Below, piece by piece: positions 10,301-21,320 of a DNA stretch of 64,000 nt. Location: assembly GCA_965116025.1 (NCBI GenBank), contig OZ220480.1, forward strand, positions 1-64,000, written 5' to 3'. The number at the start of each line of letters is the position of its first letter. Position 1 is the first letter of the stretch. The translations under genes were made by a program, and so were the position numbers. Origin of the DNA: an uncultured candidatus Porisulfidus sp. GTDB lineage: Bacteria; Pseudomonadota; Gammaproteobacteria; Poriferisulfidales; Poriferisulfidaceae. The notes below the pieces were generated by a model that saw only the letters and a list, made by a program, of their open reading frames with translations, made no database searches and was not told where the DNA came from.

Positions 10301-12135
10301 AACGTTTATTGTCATCCAGTGCCACGGCAGGATCCATTCCTGGCGGTATGGCGATAGGCAAAATGATGTAGCCATAGTTCTTTCCTTTGGATTTGCGCAT
10401 GACGCGCCCTACGGCCTGAACGACATCGACCTGACTGTGGCGCGGGTTAATAAACAACACCGCGTCAAGCGCGGGAACGTCGATACCTTCTGAAAGGCAT
10501 CGCGCATTCGACAGGATGCGGCAAGCACCATCTCCAGACCCTTTCAGCCATTCAATTTTTGACTTGCGCTCAAGAGCATGGTTCTTTCCATCCACATGCT
10601 TAATATCGCAGATGAACGAACTCTCGTATTCCACTTCGGACAATTGCGTAGCGGCTTGATCCACCACCTCGCTCCAATGCTTCTCCAGCCGCTTTGAAAG
10701 ACGAATCGTGTTAGTGAACGCGATCGCTCGTCGGAGCGGTCGTATCTCATCGCTCGGTTCTCGACCCTCGGGATTCTGCAACGCACGCCAGCAACCAACA
10801 ATCTTGGCCGCATCGGTCAAATTAATCTCGTTGCCATCCGTAGCCAAATACGCCTGCAACTCTTGGCTCGCATGACTTTCCGATACCGTCAGAACGACGA
10901 CCTTGTAATCCGACAGTAAATCCTGTTCGATAGCGCGCGAAAATGGTAGTCCATGAAACTCGGGACCGTAAACATCCTCATCGTCCATAGAGAACACGTC
11001 TACATTGTGGCGTGCCGCCTGCGCTCTCGCACCTTCAGTATAGAGGCGTGGCGTGGCGGTCATGTAGAGACGTTTGCGAGCTCGGATACGTCGCTTGTCG
11101 TGCACGAGCACGAAAGGTGAGGTCTGATCATCAGGCCGCTCAATACCCGTGGTTCGGTGCGCCTCATCGCAGATGACAAGATCAAACGGTGGCGCGCCAT
11201 CATCCTGTGCCTGCTCAATGAGACCGAGTGAGTGATATGTGCAGAACACAACCGTCATCACCTCCGGCGCGCACGCGCCCCGTAAGGCCGAACTCACCTT
11301 CTCCAAATCAGTCGTTACCGGGATCTCCAATTCAAGTAGAGACGCGTCTTCATCATTATTTCCGGCCCGAGTATCCGAGCAGATGCCTATGTACTTGTGC
11401 TCAAGTTCCCCCTTCTGTTCCGCCCACTCGCGCATTGATTGTTGAAACAGCGAAATTGACGGTACGAGATATAGTACTCGCCCCCCCCCCCCCCCTCGAA
11501 AACTCCTCTGCAATACGGAGGGCCGTGAAAGTTTTACCAGTACCGCATGCCATGATCAGCTTGCCACGATCATGATCAGCGAAACCAATTCTCACATCTT
11601 CGAGTGCTCGCTCTTGGTGAGGCCGCAGGTGGAATGCCTCTTTTCGAAGCGACAAATCTTCCGGTTTTTGGCGAGACAAATCCGGCCAACCAGTGAATCG
11701 TGAAAGATCATCAGAACGAATTACCGAACACGCTGGTTGTAACCCATCCAGCATCTTGACCACATTCTGGCCCCATTCATCGCCGGTATCAATGAAGATG
11801 CGCGCCGTGAACGGCTCGCGCGCCGAGGCGGCAACAAAGGAATCGAGATGCCTACGGCTTATCCTCGTGCCTGACTCGTAACACTTGCACTGAATAGCGC
11901 AAAAACCGCCATCGCGCTCCTCAGCAACTAGATCGATACCCATATCCTTGCTATCAAAATCGGGCCGGGATGCCGCCCATTCGGACCATAGATTGACTCT
12001 CGAGAAACGATCTTGATAGAGCGGGTCTTGAGAAAGATACGACTTCATGAGCCGTTCAAACAGACATCCCTTTTCCGCTTCAGAGCCAGCGGTCGACCTT
12101 ATGTGATACAAAACTTCATGAAAACCGTTAGTCAT
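7386..12135 (-). CDS. Type ISP restriction-modification enzyme (nuclease-helicase-N6 MTase-TRD), frameshifted at a poly-G tract
   Basis: Mrr-like IDLV..AIQCK, Walker A MACGTGKT, DEAH, QAVGRVMR, LDPFTGTG, NPPW; ORFs 11401-12135 and 7386-11513 join into about 1582 aa if one G is removed. Confidence 0.92.
11481..11495 (-). repeat. G15 homopolymer (C15 on + strand) in the Type ISP gene
   Basis: 15 consecutive C exactly where the reading frame shifts. Confidence 0.95.
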
Positions 12136-12225
12136 CGTCCGCCGCTTTTGATGGTTTTTCGGTCTCTGATTTTACTTCAACATTTTGAGTTGGGAATTAT
12201 GTAGGTAACTTGACAAAGCCGGGCT

Positions 12226-12381
12226 TCAGACTTCCTTGATGGTCGGCTTTCCCTTCCTATCGACGCGCATCAGGAACTTTCTCTCCAAGTCTTTCCTGGT
12301 CGGCTCCGGCGGGCGGACGTAGGGCACCGAGCGCATTCGGATCAGCGCGCGGATGGCCCGGGCCAACGCTCGAAGGTTCAT
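12226..12381 (-). CDS. Small basic passenger ORF inside IS1595, 51 aa
   Basis: GGGAG SD just after the transposase stop; MNLRALARAIRALIRMRSVPYVRPPEPTRKDLERKFLMRVDRKGKPTIKEV. Confidence 0.5.
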   Translation of the reverse strand: MNLRALARAIRALIRMRSVPYVRPPEPTRKDLERKFLMRVDRKGKPTIKEV

Positions 12382-12390
12382 CGGCTCCCG

Positions 12391-13323
12391 CTACCAGCCT
12401 TCCCCGGACGCGGTGAGATCCTCGTACGTGATCGTCTTGCCCATCATGGCCCGGAACAGATCGTCCAGGCGGTCCTGGGTGTCGCGCTCGCAGTTCCCCT
12501 CGTTGAGACGGAACATGAACTCGTTGACGTATTGGCGGCAATGCTTTCTCGACCAGTTGTGGTAGACGCCGTCGAAGCCGCGCTTGAGCACCGCCCAGAC
12601 CGATTCGATCCCGTTCGTATGCGCCATGCCATTGACGTATTCCTTCGCGCTGTGGTTCACTGCGCGATGCCGGCGAGCGACGCCATGGTAGGAGGGGTTC
12701 TCGTCCGTGCAGATCGTGGTTCCCGGCTGGACATGCCGGTGGACGGCCCCTTGCAGGGTGGGCTTGTCGGCGCGCTCGATCGGCAAGGCGACCGCGCGCC
12801 CGCCTCGCTCGCGCATCCCCAGCACGATCTGCTTCTCGGCGAAATGCCCGCCATGCGCCTTCCGGCTCTCGTGCTTGTTGGCTTCCCGCCCTCCGAGATA
12901 GACCTCGTCCACCTCCACGGTCCCGCGCAGGGGCTCCAGCTTGCCGCCGCAGGCCACGCGCAGACGATGCAGGATATACCAGGCGGTGCGCTGCTGCACG
13001 GACAGCTCCTTGCTCAGCTGCAGGCTACTGATCCCCTTGCGGGAGGTCATCAGCAGATAGGCCGCGTAGATGAACTTGCGCAGGTCGATCTTGCATCGCT
13101 CCAGCGGGGTGTCGGATCGCACCGTGAAGTAGTGGCGACACCAGCCGCACCAGTAATCGCCCGCTTTCTTCTGGGCGGTGATCTTGTCGGTCGCGCCGCA
13201 ATGGACGCAACGCGGCTTCTCGCCCCATCGGAGGGATTCCAGGTATCGAACGGCGTCCGTCTCAGTCGGATACATCTTCATCAGGTCGAACAGCCCGAGG
13301 GTCTTCGCGATTCTCCTCGACAT
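12391..13323 (-). CDS. IS1595-family transposase
   Basis: Zn ribbon CVHCG..CGWC, GISSLQLS HTH, VEVDEVY, ICTDE, HTNGIESVWAVLKR, YVNEFMFR. Confidence 0.95.
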   Translation of the reverse strand: MSRRIAKTLGLFDLMKMYPTETDAVRYLESLRWGEKPRCVHCGATDKITAQKKAGDYWCGWCRHYFTVRSDTPLERCKIDLRKFIYAAYLLMTSRKGISSLQLSKELSVQQRTAWYILHRLRVACGGKLEPLRGTVEVDEVYLGGREANKHESRKAHGGHFAEKQIVLGMRERGGRAVALPIERADKPTLQGAVHRHVQPGTTICTDENPSYHGVARRHRAVNHSAKEYVNGMAHTNGIESVWAVLKRGFDGVYHNWSRKHCRQYVNEFMFRLNEGNCERDTQDRLDDLFRAMMGKTITYEDLTASGEGW

Positions 13324-13360
13324 CGCTCTCTCCATAACTTTCATATTCAAGTTACGATAT

Positions 13361-13388
13361 ATCATATGTTCATTACATCTCTTGTCAA
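13361..13388 (-). promoter_or_regulatory. Sigma70-like transposase promoter
   Basis: TTGACA-16bp-TATGAT upstream of the ATG at 13323. Confidence 0.5.
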
Positions 13389-13443
13389 GTAGTAGGTGGA
13401 TTACAATCCGTCTTGTCAAGTTACCTACATAATTCCCTTTGAG

Positions 13444-13472
13444 TTGGGATCCTTGTCCGCATCCTTTATAAT
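13444..13472 (+). promoter_or_regulatory. Sigma70-like promoter for the GIY-YIG-like gene
   Basis: TTGGGA-17bp-TATAAT. Confidence 0.5.
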
Positions 13473-13519
13473 CCGCACGATCCAGTCTCAAGCTCGGCAT
13501 GAGATCGAAGGAGGAAAAA

Positions 13520-14137
13520 ATGCTTTACAAGGCTTTTGGCCCCTATGAATTAGAAACGAAGAAGGGGGTTAACGGAATTGCTTTGGATATCGATAAAAAA
13601 GGCGGTGCGCAAAAAAGATTTTGGGAGGAAATGGACAAAAAGGAAGGCAATTGTGGAAAATCGCTACGAGAGGGGCGCGGCGTTTACGTTTTTGCTGAAA
13701 AGTTGAAATTCAACTATACACCATGGTACGTTGGTCAGTCCAAAAAAGGCTTCGCAAAAGAGGTTTTCAGCAATAAGAATATAAAGGATTACAACGATGC
13801 CTACATACACAAGTTTCAAAAAGGTTCCAGCGCGGTCATTTTCCTAGTAGTTAAAATGACACGAAGTGAAAAATTATGTGTAGCCAAAATTCTCCAAAGA
13901 GAAGCTGATTTTGTGGAACGACTCATTCTCGGGCATGCGATTCATGCAAATAGAAATCTCATCAACGTTAGTGGCATGCGTTTTCTCAGGAATATGGAGA
14001 TACGGGGAATTTTAAATACGCATGAGGATGATGCTAAGGATTTTACCGCCGCCACGAAGAGTCTCCGCAGATGTCTGAACATAAAAGGAAGGGTGCCATG
14101 CATACAAACTGAATCTGAAGAAGATCAGAACCAATAG
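13520..14137 (+). CDS. AT-rich hypothetical protein with GIY-YIG-like motif
   Basis: AAGGAGG SD; GVYVF..(x)n..WYVGQS and later E..I / NRNLIN, as in GIY-YIG folds. Confidence 0.7.
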   Translation: MLYKAFGPYELETKKGVNGIALDIDKKGGAQKRFWEEMDKKEGNCGKSLREGRGVYVFAEKLKFNYTPWYVGQSKKGFAKEVFSNKNIKDYNDAYIHKFQKGSSAVIFLVVKMTRSEKLCVAKILQREADFVERLILGHAIHANRNLINVSGMRFLRNMEIRGILNTHEDDAKDFTAATKSLRRCLNIKGRVPCIQTESEEDQNQ

Positions 14138-14374
14138 CAAATTCGTCCCGACGAGCTGTTCTGGGCATTGCACCAAAGATGTACCGCTAATTCTGAACGA
14201 CCTAACCTTGGTACGTCTGGAAGAGAGTACCCGCTCACTGGCTCGGAATTGGCATTCCTTGAAGCAGGAGTGTAGCGAGACGCGAAGCCCGGTTGACGGA
14301 AACAACTCCAGCGCGTTGAAACTACCGCGCAACCCAGGAACACCCGCGGCGCGGATTAGTCAGGACATCACCGG

Positions 14375-15256
14375 ATGATGTCCCTTTTCTTACCCTTCGC
14401 CCGCGCACGGCTCGGCATCTACACTCGGTTGGTCCGCTTGGACCGCCCAGTCGGTATTTGGCTGTTGCTGTGGCCGACCCTATGGGGCCTATGGCTCGCC
14501 TCCGGCGGGTTTCCAGAGATTCGGTTGCTGCTGATCTTCGTCGCGGGAGTGATTTTGATGCGCTCGGCCGGATGCGCCATCAACGATTACGCGGACCGCC
14601 ATCTTGATCGGCTGGTCGAGCGGACCCGAAGCCGTCCGCTAGCGCGTGGAGAAATCCCACCGCGCGAAGCCCTCTGGGTGGCCGCCACCCTGCTCGCCGG
14701 CGCGTTTGGATTAGCTCTGGCGCTCCCTCCATTAACGCTGGCGCTGGCGGCGCCCGCGGCCTTGTTGGCCGCCACATACCCGTTCGCCAAGCGCTGGCAC
14801 CACCTGCCGCAACTGCACCTTGGCCTGAGCTTCGCTTGGGCCATGCCAATGGCGATCAGCGCATGCGTCGAGGGCTGGCCGGAACCTTGGGGATGGCTCG
14901 CGTTCCTCGCCACCGCGCTATGGGTCGTCGCCTATGACACGCTGTACGCGATGGCGGACCGAGAGGAGGACTTAGCCGCGGGCAACCGCTCCACCGCCAT
15001 CCTGTTCGGCGATGCCGATTTGTTGATGGTGGCGTCGCTGCAGGGACTTTTCCTGGCGACACTGTTGCTGGTCGGCCTCCACCTCGCCCTCCCACTGGCT
15101 TATTACGGGGGATTGATGGCCGCCTTGGCGCTGATCGTCCGTCAGATGTGGCAAGTCCGCGACCGAAACCCGGAAGCCTGCTTCCAGGCTTTTCGAAACA
15201 ACGTCTGGGTCGGAGCCGCGATCTGGACGGGCATCGCAGCGAGTTTTCCCAACTAG
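14375..15256 (+). CDS. ubiA: 4-hydroxybenzoate polyprenyltransferase
   Basis: RLDRPVGIWLLLWP, INDYADRHLD, RTRSRPLA, YDTLYAMADREED. Confidence 0.96.
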   Translation: MMSLFLPFARARLGIYTRLVRLDRPVGIWLLLWPTLWGLWLASGGFPEIRLLLIFVAGVILMRSAGCAINDYADRHLDRLVERTRSRPLARGEIPPREALWVAATLLAGAFGLALALPPLTLALAAPAALLAATYPFAKRWHHLPQLHLGLSFAWAMPMAISACVEGWPEPWGWLAFLATALWVVAYDTLYAMADREEDLAAGNRSTAILFGDADLLMVASLQGLFLATLLLVGLHLALPLAYYGGLMAALALIVRQMWQVRDRNPEACFQAFRNNVWVGAAIWTGIAASFPN

Positions 15257-15465
15257 ACCGCGAAGCCATTCCGCGAATCGTCGCGTTGCTATAATGCGAT
15301 TAGCTTCGCGTCAGGCGATTTCCCGCCCATCAGCGTCCGCCACGAGACCCGCCACCGCCATGAGCGTGAAAGGAAAGGAAACGCGCTGGATCGGCCCGCT
15401 GGCGGATTCGTTTCTGAAAACGGTCCAGAAATGGGTCGTCCAGGCTGGTTTTTAATCCGTATCGC

Positions 15466-16437
15466 ATGCTCCCGACCGTTCGCCACGACTGGACCGTCTC
15501 CGAGATTCAGGATCTGCTGAATCTTCCATTCTGCGATCTTCTCTATCAAGCGCAAGGCGTTCATCGCGCCTGCCACGATCCAAACGAGGTGCAAATCAGT
15601 TCCTTGCTCTCGATCAAGACCGGAGGCTGCCCGGAAGACTGCGCCTACTGCCCGCAGAGCGCGCATTATCAGACCGGGCTGGACCGCGAGAAACTGCTGG
15701 ATCTGGATTCGGTCCGCGACACCGCCCGCCGCGCGGCGGAAAGCGGCGCGACCCGATTCTGCATGGGCGCGGCGTGGCGCTCGCCGACCGACCGGGACTT
15801 GGACGGCGTGACGCGCATGATCGAGGTAGCGCGCGAGCAAGGGCTCGAGACCTGCGTGACCCTAGGGATGCTGAGCCGCGGGCAAGCGCGTCGGCTGGCG
15901 GACTGCGGCCTGGACTACTACAACCACAATCTGGACACATCGCCAGAGTTCTACGGAGAAGTCATCACCACCCGAACCTATCAGGACCGTCTGGAGACCC
16001 TCAAGCATGTCCGCGACGCCGGCATCCGGGTGTGTTGCGGAGGCATACTTGGGATGGGCGAATCTCGGGAAGATCGAGCCGGGTTGCTGGCGCAACTCGC
16101 GGCTCAGGACCCGCACCCCGAATCCGTTCCGATCAACCTCTTGATTCGGGTGTCCGGCACTCCTCTGGCCGAGGTGGAGACTCTGGATCCGATCGAGTTC
16201 GCGCGAACCATCGCGGTCGCGCGCGTCGCCATGCCGCGTTCCATGGTGCGCCTTTCCGCGGGGCGCGAAAACATGTCCGACGAGATGCAGGCCCTATGTT
16301 TCGTGGCTGGCGCGAATTCTATTTTCTATGGCGAGACCCTACTGACCGCGCCCAATCCCGGCATTGATCGAGACCGGGCGCTGTTCTCTCGACTTGGACT
16401 GGCCGCGCGACCCGCCACCCCTTCGCCCACGCCCTGA
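15466..16437 (+). CDS. bioB: Biotin synthase
   Basis: [31 protein letters not shown]. Confidence 0.97.
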   Translation: MLPTVRHDWTVSEIQDLLNLPFCDLLYQAQGVHRACHDPNEVQISSLLSIKTGGCPEDCAYCPQSAHYQTGLDREKLLDLDSVRDTARRAAESGATRFCMGAAWRSPTDRDLDGVTRMIEVAREQGLETCVTLGMLSRGQARRLADCGLDYYNHNLDTSPEFYGEVITTRTYQDRLETLKHVRDAGIRVCCGGILGMGESREDRAGLLAQLAAQDPHPESVPINLLIRVSGTPLAEVETLDPIEFARTIAVARVAMPRSMVRLSAGRENMSDEMQALCFVAGANSIFYGETLLTAPNPGIDRDRALFSRLGLAARPATPSPTP

Positions 16438-16446
16438 ACCACTCCA

Positions 16447-17610
16447 ATGAGAGACTGGCGCGACCCGCGCCCGGCAGCGTTACGACGACAGCGGATCCTG
16501 CGAGGTAAAACCAGTTCCGATCTCGTTTCCCTGGACGGTCGCCCGCGATCAATCTGGTGCGACAACGACTATCTCGGGCTGAGCCATGATCCACGAGTCC
16601 AAGAGGCGCTCGTCGAAGCCGCCGCGCGCTACGGAGCCGGAGCCGGAGCGTCCGGGCTAATCACCGGTCACACCGAAGCCCATCACGCCCTTGAGGAACG
16701 CCTAGCCACCTTCACCGGCCGTGACCGCGCGCTGGTCTTCAGTTCCGGCTTTCTCGCGAATTTGGGTACGGTCCCGGCCTTGGCCGGGCGCGGCGACACC
16801 CTGATCGAGGACCGCCTGAACCATGCCTCATTGCTGGACGCGGCGCGCCTATCGCTCGCCCGGCGCCGACGCTACCGACACGCCAACGCGAGCGACGCTG
16901 CCAGATTGTTGCGGGAGGGCGACATCCGCTTGATTCTCACCGATGGGGTTTTCAGCATGGACGGAGATACCGCCCCGATCATCGAGCTGGCGGCCGCCGC
17001 CCGCGCCCATGGCGCCTTGGTGATGTGCGATGACGCTCATGGTATCGGAGTGCTCGGAGACCGTGGCGCCGGACTGCTTGAAGAAACCGGCGCTTCCCAA
17101 ACCGACGTGCCGGCGCTGGTGGGAACCTTGGGCAAGGCGCTTGGAGTCCAAGGAGGATTCGTCGCCGGTTCCGCCGACCTGATCGAGCATCTCGTGCAAC
17201 ACGCCCGCAGTTACGCGTATAGCACAGCGCTGGCTCCGCCCCTCGCGGCGGCCGCGAGCCGAGCGCTGGAATTGATGATCGACGAGCCAGAGCACCGGGC
17301 GCGCTTGCGCGACAACATCAAGTATTTCCGCCAACGCGCGGCGCGGCGGGACTTGCCCGTCCAGCCCTCGCGCACCGCTATCCAGCCCCTGATTCTTGGC
17401 GATCCGAAATCCGCCCTTGAGGCCAGCGAATTCTTGGTGGAGCGAGGCTTCGCCGTCCGCGCCATCCGACCACCGACCGTTCCCGAAGGCACATCTCGGC
17501 TCCGCATCACCCTATCCGCCCGCCATACCCACGAGCAAATCGAGCGTTTTGTTGAAGCGCTGGCTTCTTGCCCTGCTATCGCGGAAATTCAGAATCGCCC
17601 CCACCATTAA
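16447..17610 (+). CDS. bioF: 8-amino-7-oxononanoate synthase
   Basis: NDYLGL, DRLNHASL, DDAHG, GTLGKA, AIRPPTVP. Confidence 0.95.
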   Translation: MRDWRDPRPAALRRQRILRGKTSSDLVSLDGRPRSIWCDNDYLGLSHDPRVQEALVEAAARYGAGAGASGLITGHTEAHHALEERLATFTGRDRALVFSSGFLANLGTVPALAGRGDTLIEDRLNHASLLDAARLSLARRRRYRHANASDAARLLREGDIRLILTDGVFSMDGDTAPIIELAAAARAHGALVMCDDAHGIGVLGDRGAGLLEETGASQTDVPALVGTLGKALGVQGGFVAGSADLIEHLVQHARSYAYSTALAPPLAAAASRALELMIDEPEHRARLRDNIKYFRQRAARRDLPVQPSRTAIQPLILGDPKSALEASEFLVERGFAVRAIRPPTVPEGTSRLRITLSARHTHEQIERFVEALASCPAIAEIQNRPHH

Positions 17611-17714
17611 GTTTTACAAAAAATTACAGTTCAAATTTGTTCTTCCTGCAGCCTGCCATTGACCGAAAGCTCCCCCGAGATTCGCCTTCCATGGATATCG
17701 GTTAAACTGGAACC

Positions 17715-18959
17715 ATGACGATCAGACAAAAGAAAATCCTGCTTTGCGTAACCGGAAGCGTCGCCGCCTACAAGGCTTGTGAACTGACGCGATCACTGGT
17801 TCGGGACGAGGCCGAGGTGCAGGTGGCGATGAGCCCAGCCGCGGAACGATTCGTTAGCGCCATGACGTTCGAGGCGCTAAGCGGGAGGCCTGCGCGCGTC
17901 GCTCTGTTCGATCGCGAAGCGGAAAGGTCGATGAGCCATATCGAGTTGGCGCGCTGGGCGGATGTCGTGGTCGTCGCGCCGATTTCCGCTCACTGCCTGG
18001 CGCGACTCGCCCTGGGACTGGCCGACGACCTGCCAACCACTCTGTGCCTAGCCACGCGCGCCCCAATCATTCTGGCCCCAGCCATGAACGCGGCCATGTG
18101 GGAAAACTCAGCAACCCAGCAACATGTCCAGACTCTCATCGACCGCGGGATCCACATAATCGACCCGGAAATCGGTGAGCATGCTTGCGGTGAGACAGGT
18201 CCGGGCCGCCTGCCCGACCTTGAGCGCATCCGCTCCGCCATTGAGGACCTCGGCGCGGACCGCGTCATGCGGGACATCCACGCCATCGTCACCGCGGGGC
18301 CTACCCGCGAGCCCATCGACCCGGCCCGCTTCATCAGCAATTTCAGCACCGGTCAAATGGGCCGCGCGCTTGCTGGCGCCTTGCTGGAGCGCGGCGCCCG
18401 CGTCACCTTGATCCATGGCCCGATCAATATCCCTCTCCCCTCGAACGCCGAAACGGTAGCCGTCATGACCGCCGCCGAGATGCTTGAGGCCGTGCGAGAG
18501 CGAGTCGCGGAGTGCCAGTTGCTGATCTCGAACGCGGCCGTCGCGGATTGGCGCCCAGTCGAGCGCGCCGAGCGGAAGAGCGAAAAAATTGGAAAACGGA
18601 AAACACTGGAGCTGGAACCTACGCCAGACATCCTAGCCACTATTGGCCAGCGGGAGTCGCGGCCGTACCTCGTGGGATTCGCGGCGGAGACCGAGAACCT
18701 CGCGGACAACGCGCGCGCGAAGATGCGTGCGAAAAACGCGGACCTGATGGTCGCCAACCGGATCGGCTCCGGTCATGGTTTTGGCGATACCGAAACCACG
18801 CTTGAGATCGTGGATGCCGATTCCGTCCAACGCCTTGGCCCCGGCTCCAAGAGCTCTCTCGCGCGGCGACTGATCGATCTCATCGCAACTCGGCTGTCCG
18901 CCTCCTCTTCCGTGATCAACTTCCCCGATGCCACCCATCGAACTGCGCGTTCTGGATAA
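17715..18959 (+). CDS. coaBC: Phosphopantothenoylcysteine decarboxylase/synthetase
   Basis: [38 protein letters not shown]. Confidence 0.96.
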   Translation: MTIRQKKILLCVTGSVAAYKACELTRSLVRDEAEVQVAMSPAAERFVSAMTFEALSGRPARVALFDREAERSMSHIELARWADVVVVAPISAHCLARLALGLADDLPTTLCLATRAPIILAPAMNAAMWENSATQQHVQTLIDRGIHIIDPEIGEHACGETGPGRLPDLERIRSAIEDLGADRVMRDIHAIVTAGPTREPIDPARFISNFSTGQMGRALAGALLERGARVTLIHGPINIPLPSNAETVAVMTAAEMLEAVRERVAECQLLISNAAVADWRPVERAERKSEKIGKRKTLELEPTPDILATIGQRESRPYLVGFAAETENLADNARAKMRAKNADLMVANRIGSGHGFGDTETTLEIVDADSVQRLGPGSKSSLARRLIDLIATRLSASSSVINFPDATHRTARSG

Positions 18960-19383
18960 ACGGCTCGGCGGCTCCATCAAGCTCCCGACCCGCGCGACCG
19001 AAGGATCAGCAGGACTAGATCTTCGAGCTTGTCTCCAAGAACCTGTGACGCTCAAGCCGGGCCAAACCGAGCTGATACCGACAGGATTCGCGATCCATAT
19101 CGCGGACCCTAGGCACGCCGCGATGATCCTGCCACGTTCCGGGCTGGGCCACAAGCATGGCATCGTGCTCGGCAACTTGGTCGGATTGATCGACTCCGAC
19201 TATCAGGGCGAAATCATGATCTCGTGCTGGAATCGTGGCCACGAGCCTTTCACCATCAAAGTTGGCGAGCGCGTCGCGCAACTGGTGATCGTTCCGGTGC
19301 GGCAAGCCGAATTCAGAATCGTCGACGAATTCCCGCGCAGCGACCGCGGCTCGGGAGGATTTGGGCATAGCGGAAAGCGATGA
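18928..19383 (+). CDS. dut: dUTPase
   Basis: [32 protein letters not shown]. Confidence 0.97.
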   Translation: MPPIELRVLDKRLGGSIKLPTRATEGSAGLDLRACLQEPVTLKPGQTELIPTGFAIHIADPRHAAMILPRSGLGHKHGIVLGNLVGLIDSDYQGEIMISCWNRGHEPFTIKVGERVAQLVIVPVRQAEFRIVDEFPRSDRGSGGFGHSGKR

Positions 19384-20756
19384 AGCCTATACCAGAACAT
19401 GTTTTTCGCGCCTACGACATCCGGGGCGTCGCTGGCGGCGAACTGTCGGAGGCGTTCGCCCAAAAACTCGGACAGGCCCTCATCGCGGAATACCCGAACG
19501 TCCGGGAGGTTGCCGTCGGACGCGACGGACGGCATTCGAGCGATTCCCTCGCCACCGGCCTGATCAAGGGACTCTCCGACGCTGGCGCGACCGTGCGCGA
19601 TATCGGGCAAGCGCCGACCCCGGTCCTGTACTTCGCGACCCACGAACTCAGTCATGGCTCTGGAATCATTGTGACCGGAAGCCACAACCCCCCGGAATAC
19701 AACGGCTTCAAAATGGTCATGCGGGGCCACACCTTAGCGGGTGATGAAATCCAGGCCCTGCGCGCGCGGATGTCGCGAGACGACCTCCCGAGGCCGGGAG
19801 CGGGGAAGCGAGTCGAGACGGACGTGTCGCGGGCCTACGTCGAGCGCGTAGCCAAGGATATCCGGCTTGCTCGTCCAATGCGCGTGGCCCTAGACGCGGG
19901 AAACGGTGTCGCCGGACCAATCGCCGTCGAGGCGCTACGCGCCTGCGGCGCGAAGGTGACGGAACTGTACTGCGACGTGGATGGAGATTTCCCAAACCAC
20001 CACCCTAATCCCAGCGACGTGGAAAACCTGCGAGATCTTCAGTCTCGCGTGCTGGAGGACGGTCTGGATTTGGGACTGGCTCTGGATGGCGACGGCGACC
20101 GTTGCGGGGTGGTCGACGACCAGGGCGAGATCTTGTGGGCGGATCGACAGTTGATGATCCACGCTCTCGACACGCTTGAGCGCGAGCCCGGCGCCACCGT
20201 CGTGTTCGATGTCAAATGTTCCAGCCTGCTACCTCGCGTCATTAAGGAGGCGGGAGGCGCTCCGGTCATGGCGCGGACCGGACACTCGTTCATCAAAGCG
20301 AAAATGCGCGAGACCGAAGCCGCCCTGGCGGGCGAGATGAGCGGACACCTGTTCTTTCAGGAAGGCTGGTACGGATTCGACGACGGGATCTACGCCGCCG
20401 CGCGGCTATTGCGAATTCTCGCAAAGAAGAAAGAGGCCGCCAGCTCGATCTTCGCTACTCTCCCCCCATCCTGTGTGACGCCAGAAATCAACATTCCGCT
20501 CGATACCGATGGAGCTCAGCACCAGTTCATCGAGAAATTCTCCGCCCACGCCCACTTTCCCGAAGCGCGCCTGACCCGGATCGACGGCGTTCGCGCCGAC
20601 TTCGACGATGGTTTCGGACTAGCCCGAGCCTCCAACACTACCCCGTGTCTGGTAACCCGGTTCGAGGGCGCCACTCCGAACGTGATTCAGAGAATCCAGG
20701 CAGCGTTTCGGGAACAAATGCTCGCGGTCGATCCTAGCTTGGAACTTCCGTTTTGA
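19380..20756 (+). CDS. algC: Phosphomannomutase/phosphoglucomutase
   Basis: [31 protein letters not shown]. Confidence 0.94.
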   Translation: MKPIPEHVFRAYDIRGVAGGELSEAFAQKLGQALIAEYPNVREVAVGRDGRHSSDSLATGLIKGLSDAGATVRDIGQAPTPVLYFATHELSHGSGIIVTGSHNPPEYNGFKMVMRGHTLAGDEIQALRARMSRDDLPRPGAGKRVETDVSRAYVERVAKDIRLARPMRVALDAGNGVAGPIAVEALRACGAKVTELYCDVDGDFPNHHPNPSDVENLRDLQSRVLEDGLDLGLALDGDGDRCGVVDDQGEILWADRQLMIHALDTLEREPGATVVFDVKCSSLLPRVIKEAGGAPVMARTGHSFIKAKMRETEAALAGEMSGHLFFQEGWYGFDDGIYAAARLLRILAKKKEAASSIFATLPPSCVTPEINIPLDTDGAQHQFIEKFSAHAHFPEARLTRIDGVRADFDDGFGLARASNTTPCLVTRFEGATPNVIQRIQAAFREQMLAVDPSLELPF

Positions 20757-21262
20757 GCGCGCCCGAAGCCGGCGACGCGCCCCGAAAAGAGCCTTTTTCG
20801 GTGTTGTTCGTGTGCACCGGGAACTCGTGCCGAAGCATCATGGCAGAGTCTCTGCTCGCCCATCACGGAGGTGACCGCATCATCGCTCGCAGCGCCGGCA
20901 GTCATCCAACAGGATTCATTCATCCACTGTCGCTACGAGCGCTGGCCGAGCTGGGCATCGACGCGAGCGCCGCGCGGAGCCAATCTTGGGACCATATCGA
21001 GGGCCGCATAGACGCTGTCCTCACCGTCTGCGACGCGGCTGCTGGAGAGACATGTCCCTGGTTTCAAGGGCCCGCGATCCAAGCGCACTGGGGAGTGCGA
21101 GATCCGGCCGCTTTTCGCGGAAGCGAAGAAGCCACCCTCGCCTGCTTCCGGAATGTCCGAGACCAACTGGAAGTCCGGGTTAAGGCCATGCTCGACTTAC
21201 CATTGGAAAGATTGGGCCATTCGGACCTGGAACGCGAGTTGTCTTTGATCGGAAGACTTTGA
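20753..21262 (+). CDS. arsC: LMW-PTP-family arsenate reductase
   Basis: FVCTGNSCRS, TVCD..AGETCP, HWGVRDPA. Confidence 0.85.
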   Translation: MSAPEAGDAPRKEPFSVLFVCTGNSCRSIMAESLLAHHGGDRIIARSAGSHPTGFIHPLSLRALAELGIDASAARSQSWDHIEGRIDAVLTVCDAAAGETCPWFQGPAIQAHWGVRDPAAFRGSEEATLACFRNVRDQLEVRVKAMLDLPLERLGHSDLERELSLIGRL

Positions 21263-21320
21263 TTATTCCGGGTGGGATCGTCGCTCGTCGCTCACGGACA
21301 CCCTCACCCCCGCCAATTTT

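Larger units (their letters stand above)
12192..13437 (-). mobile_element. IS1595-family insertion sequence, 1246 bp, intact
   Basis: Perfect 25-bp terminal IRs GGGAATTATGTAGGTAACTTGACAA (12192-12216, 13413-13437) and 8-bp target duplication TTTGAGTT (12184-12191, 13438-13445). Confidence 0.96.

Noticed and set aside
13324-13500. Long N-terminus of the 369-aa transposase ORF
   Set aside because: It crosses the IS terminal repeat; the ATG at 13323 has an SD and a promoter
14140-14370. Short open frame or ncRNA after the GIY-YIG-like gene
   Set aside because: No start with SD and no recognisable structure; at most a gene remnant
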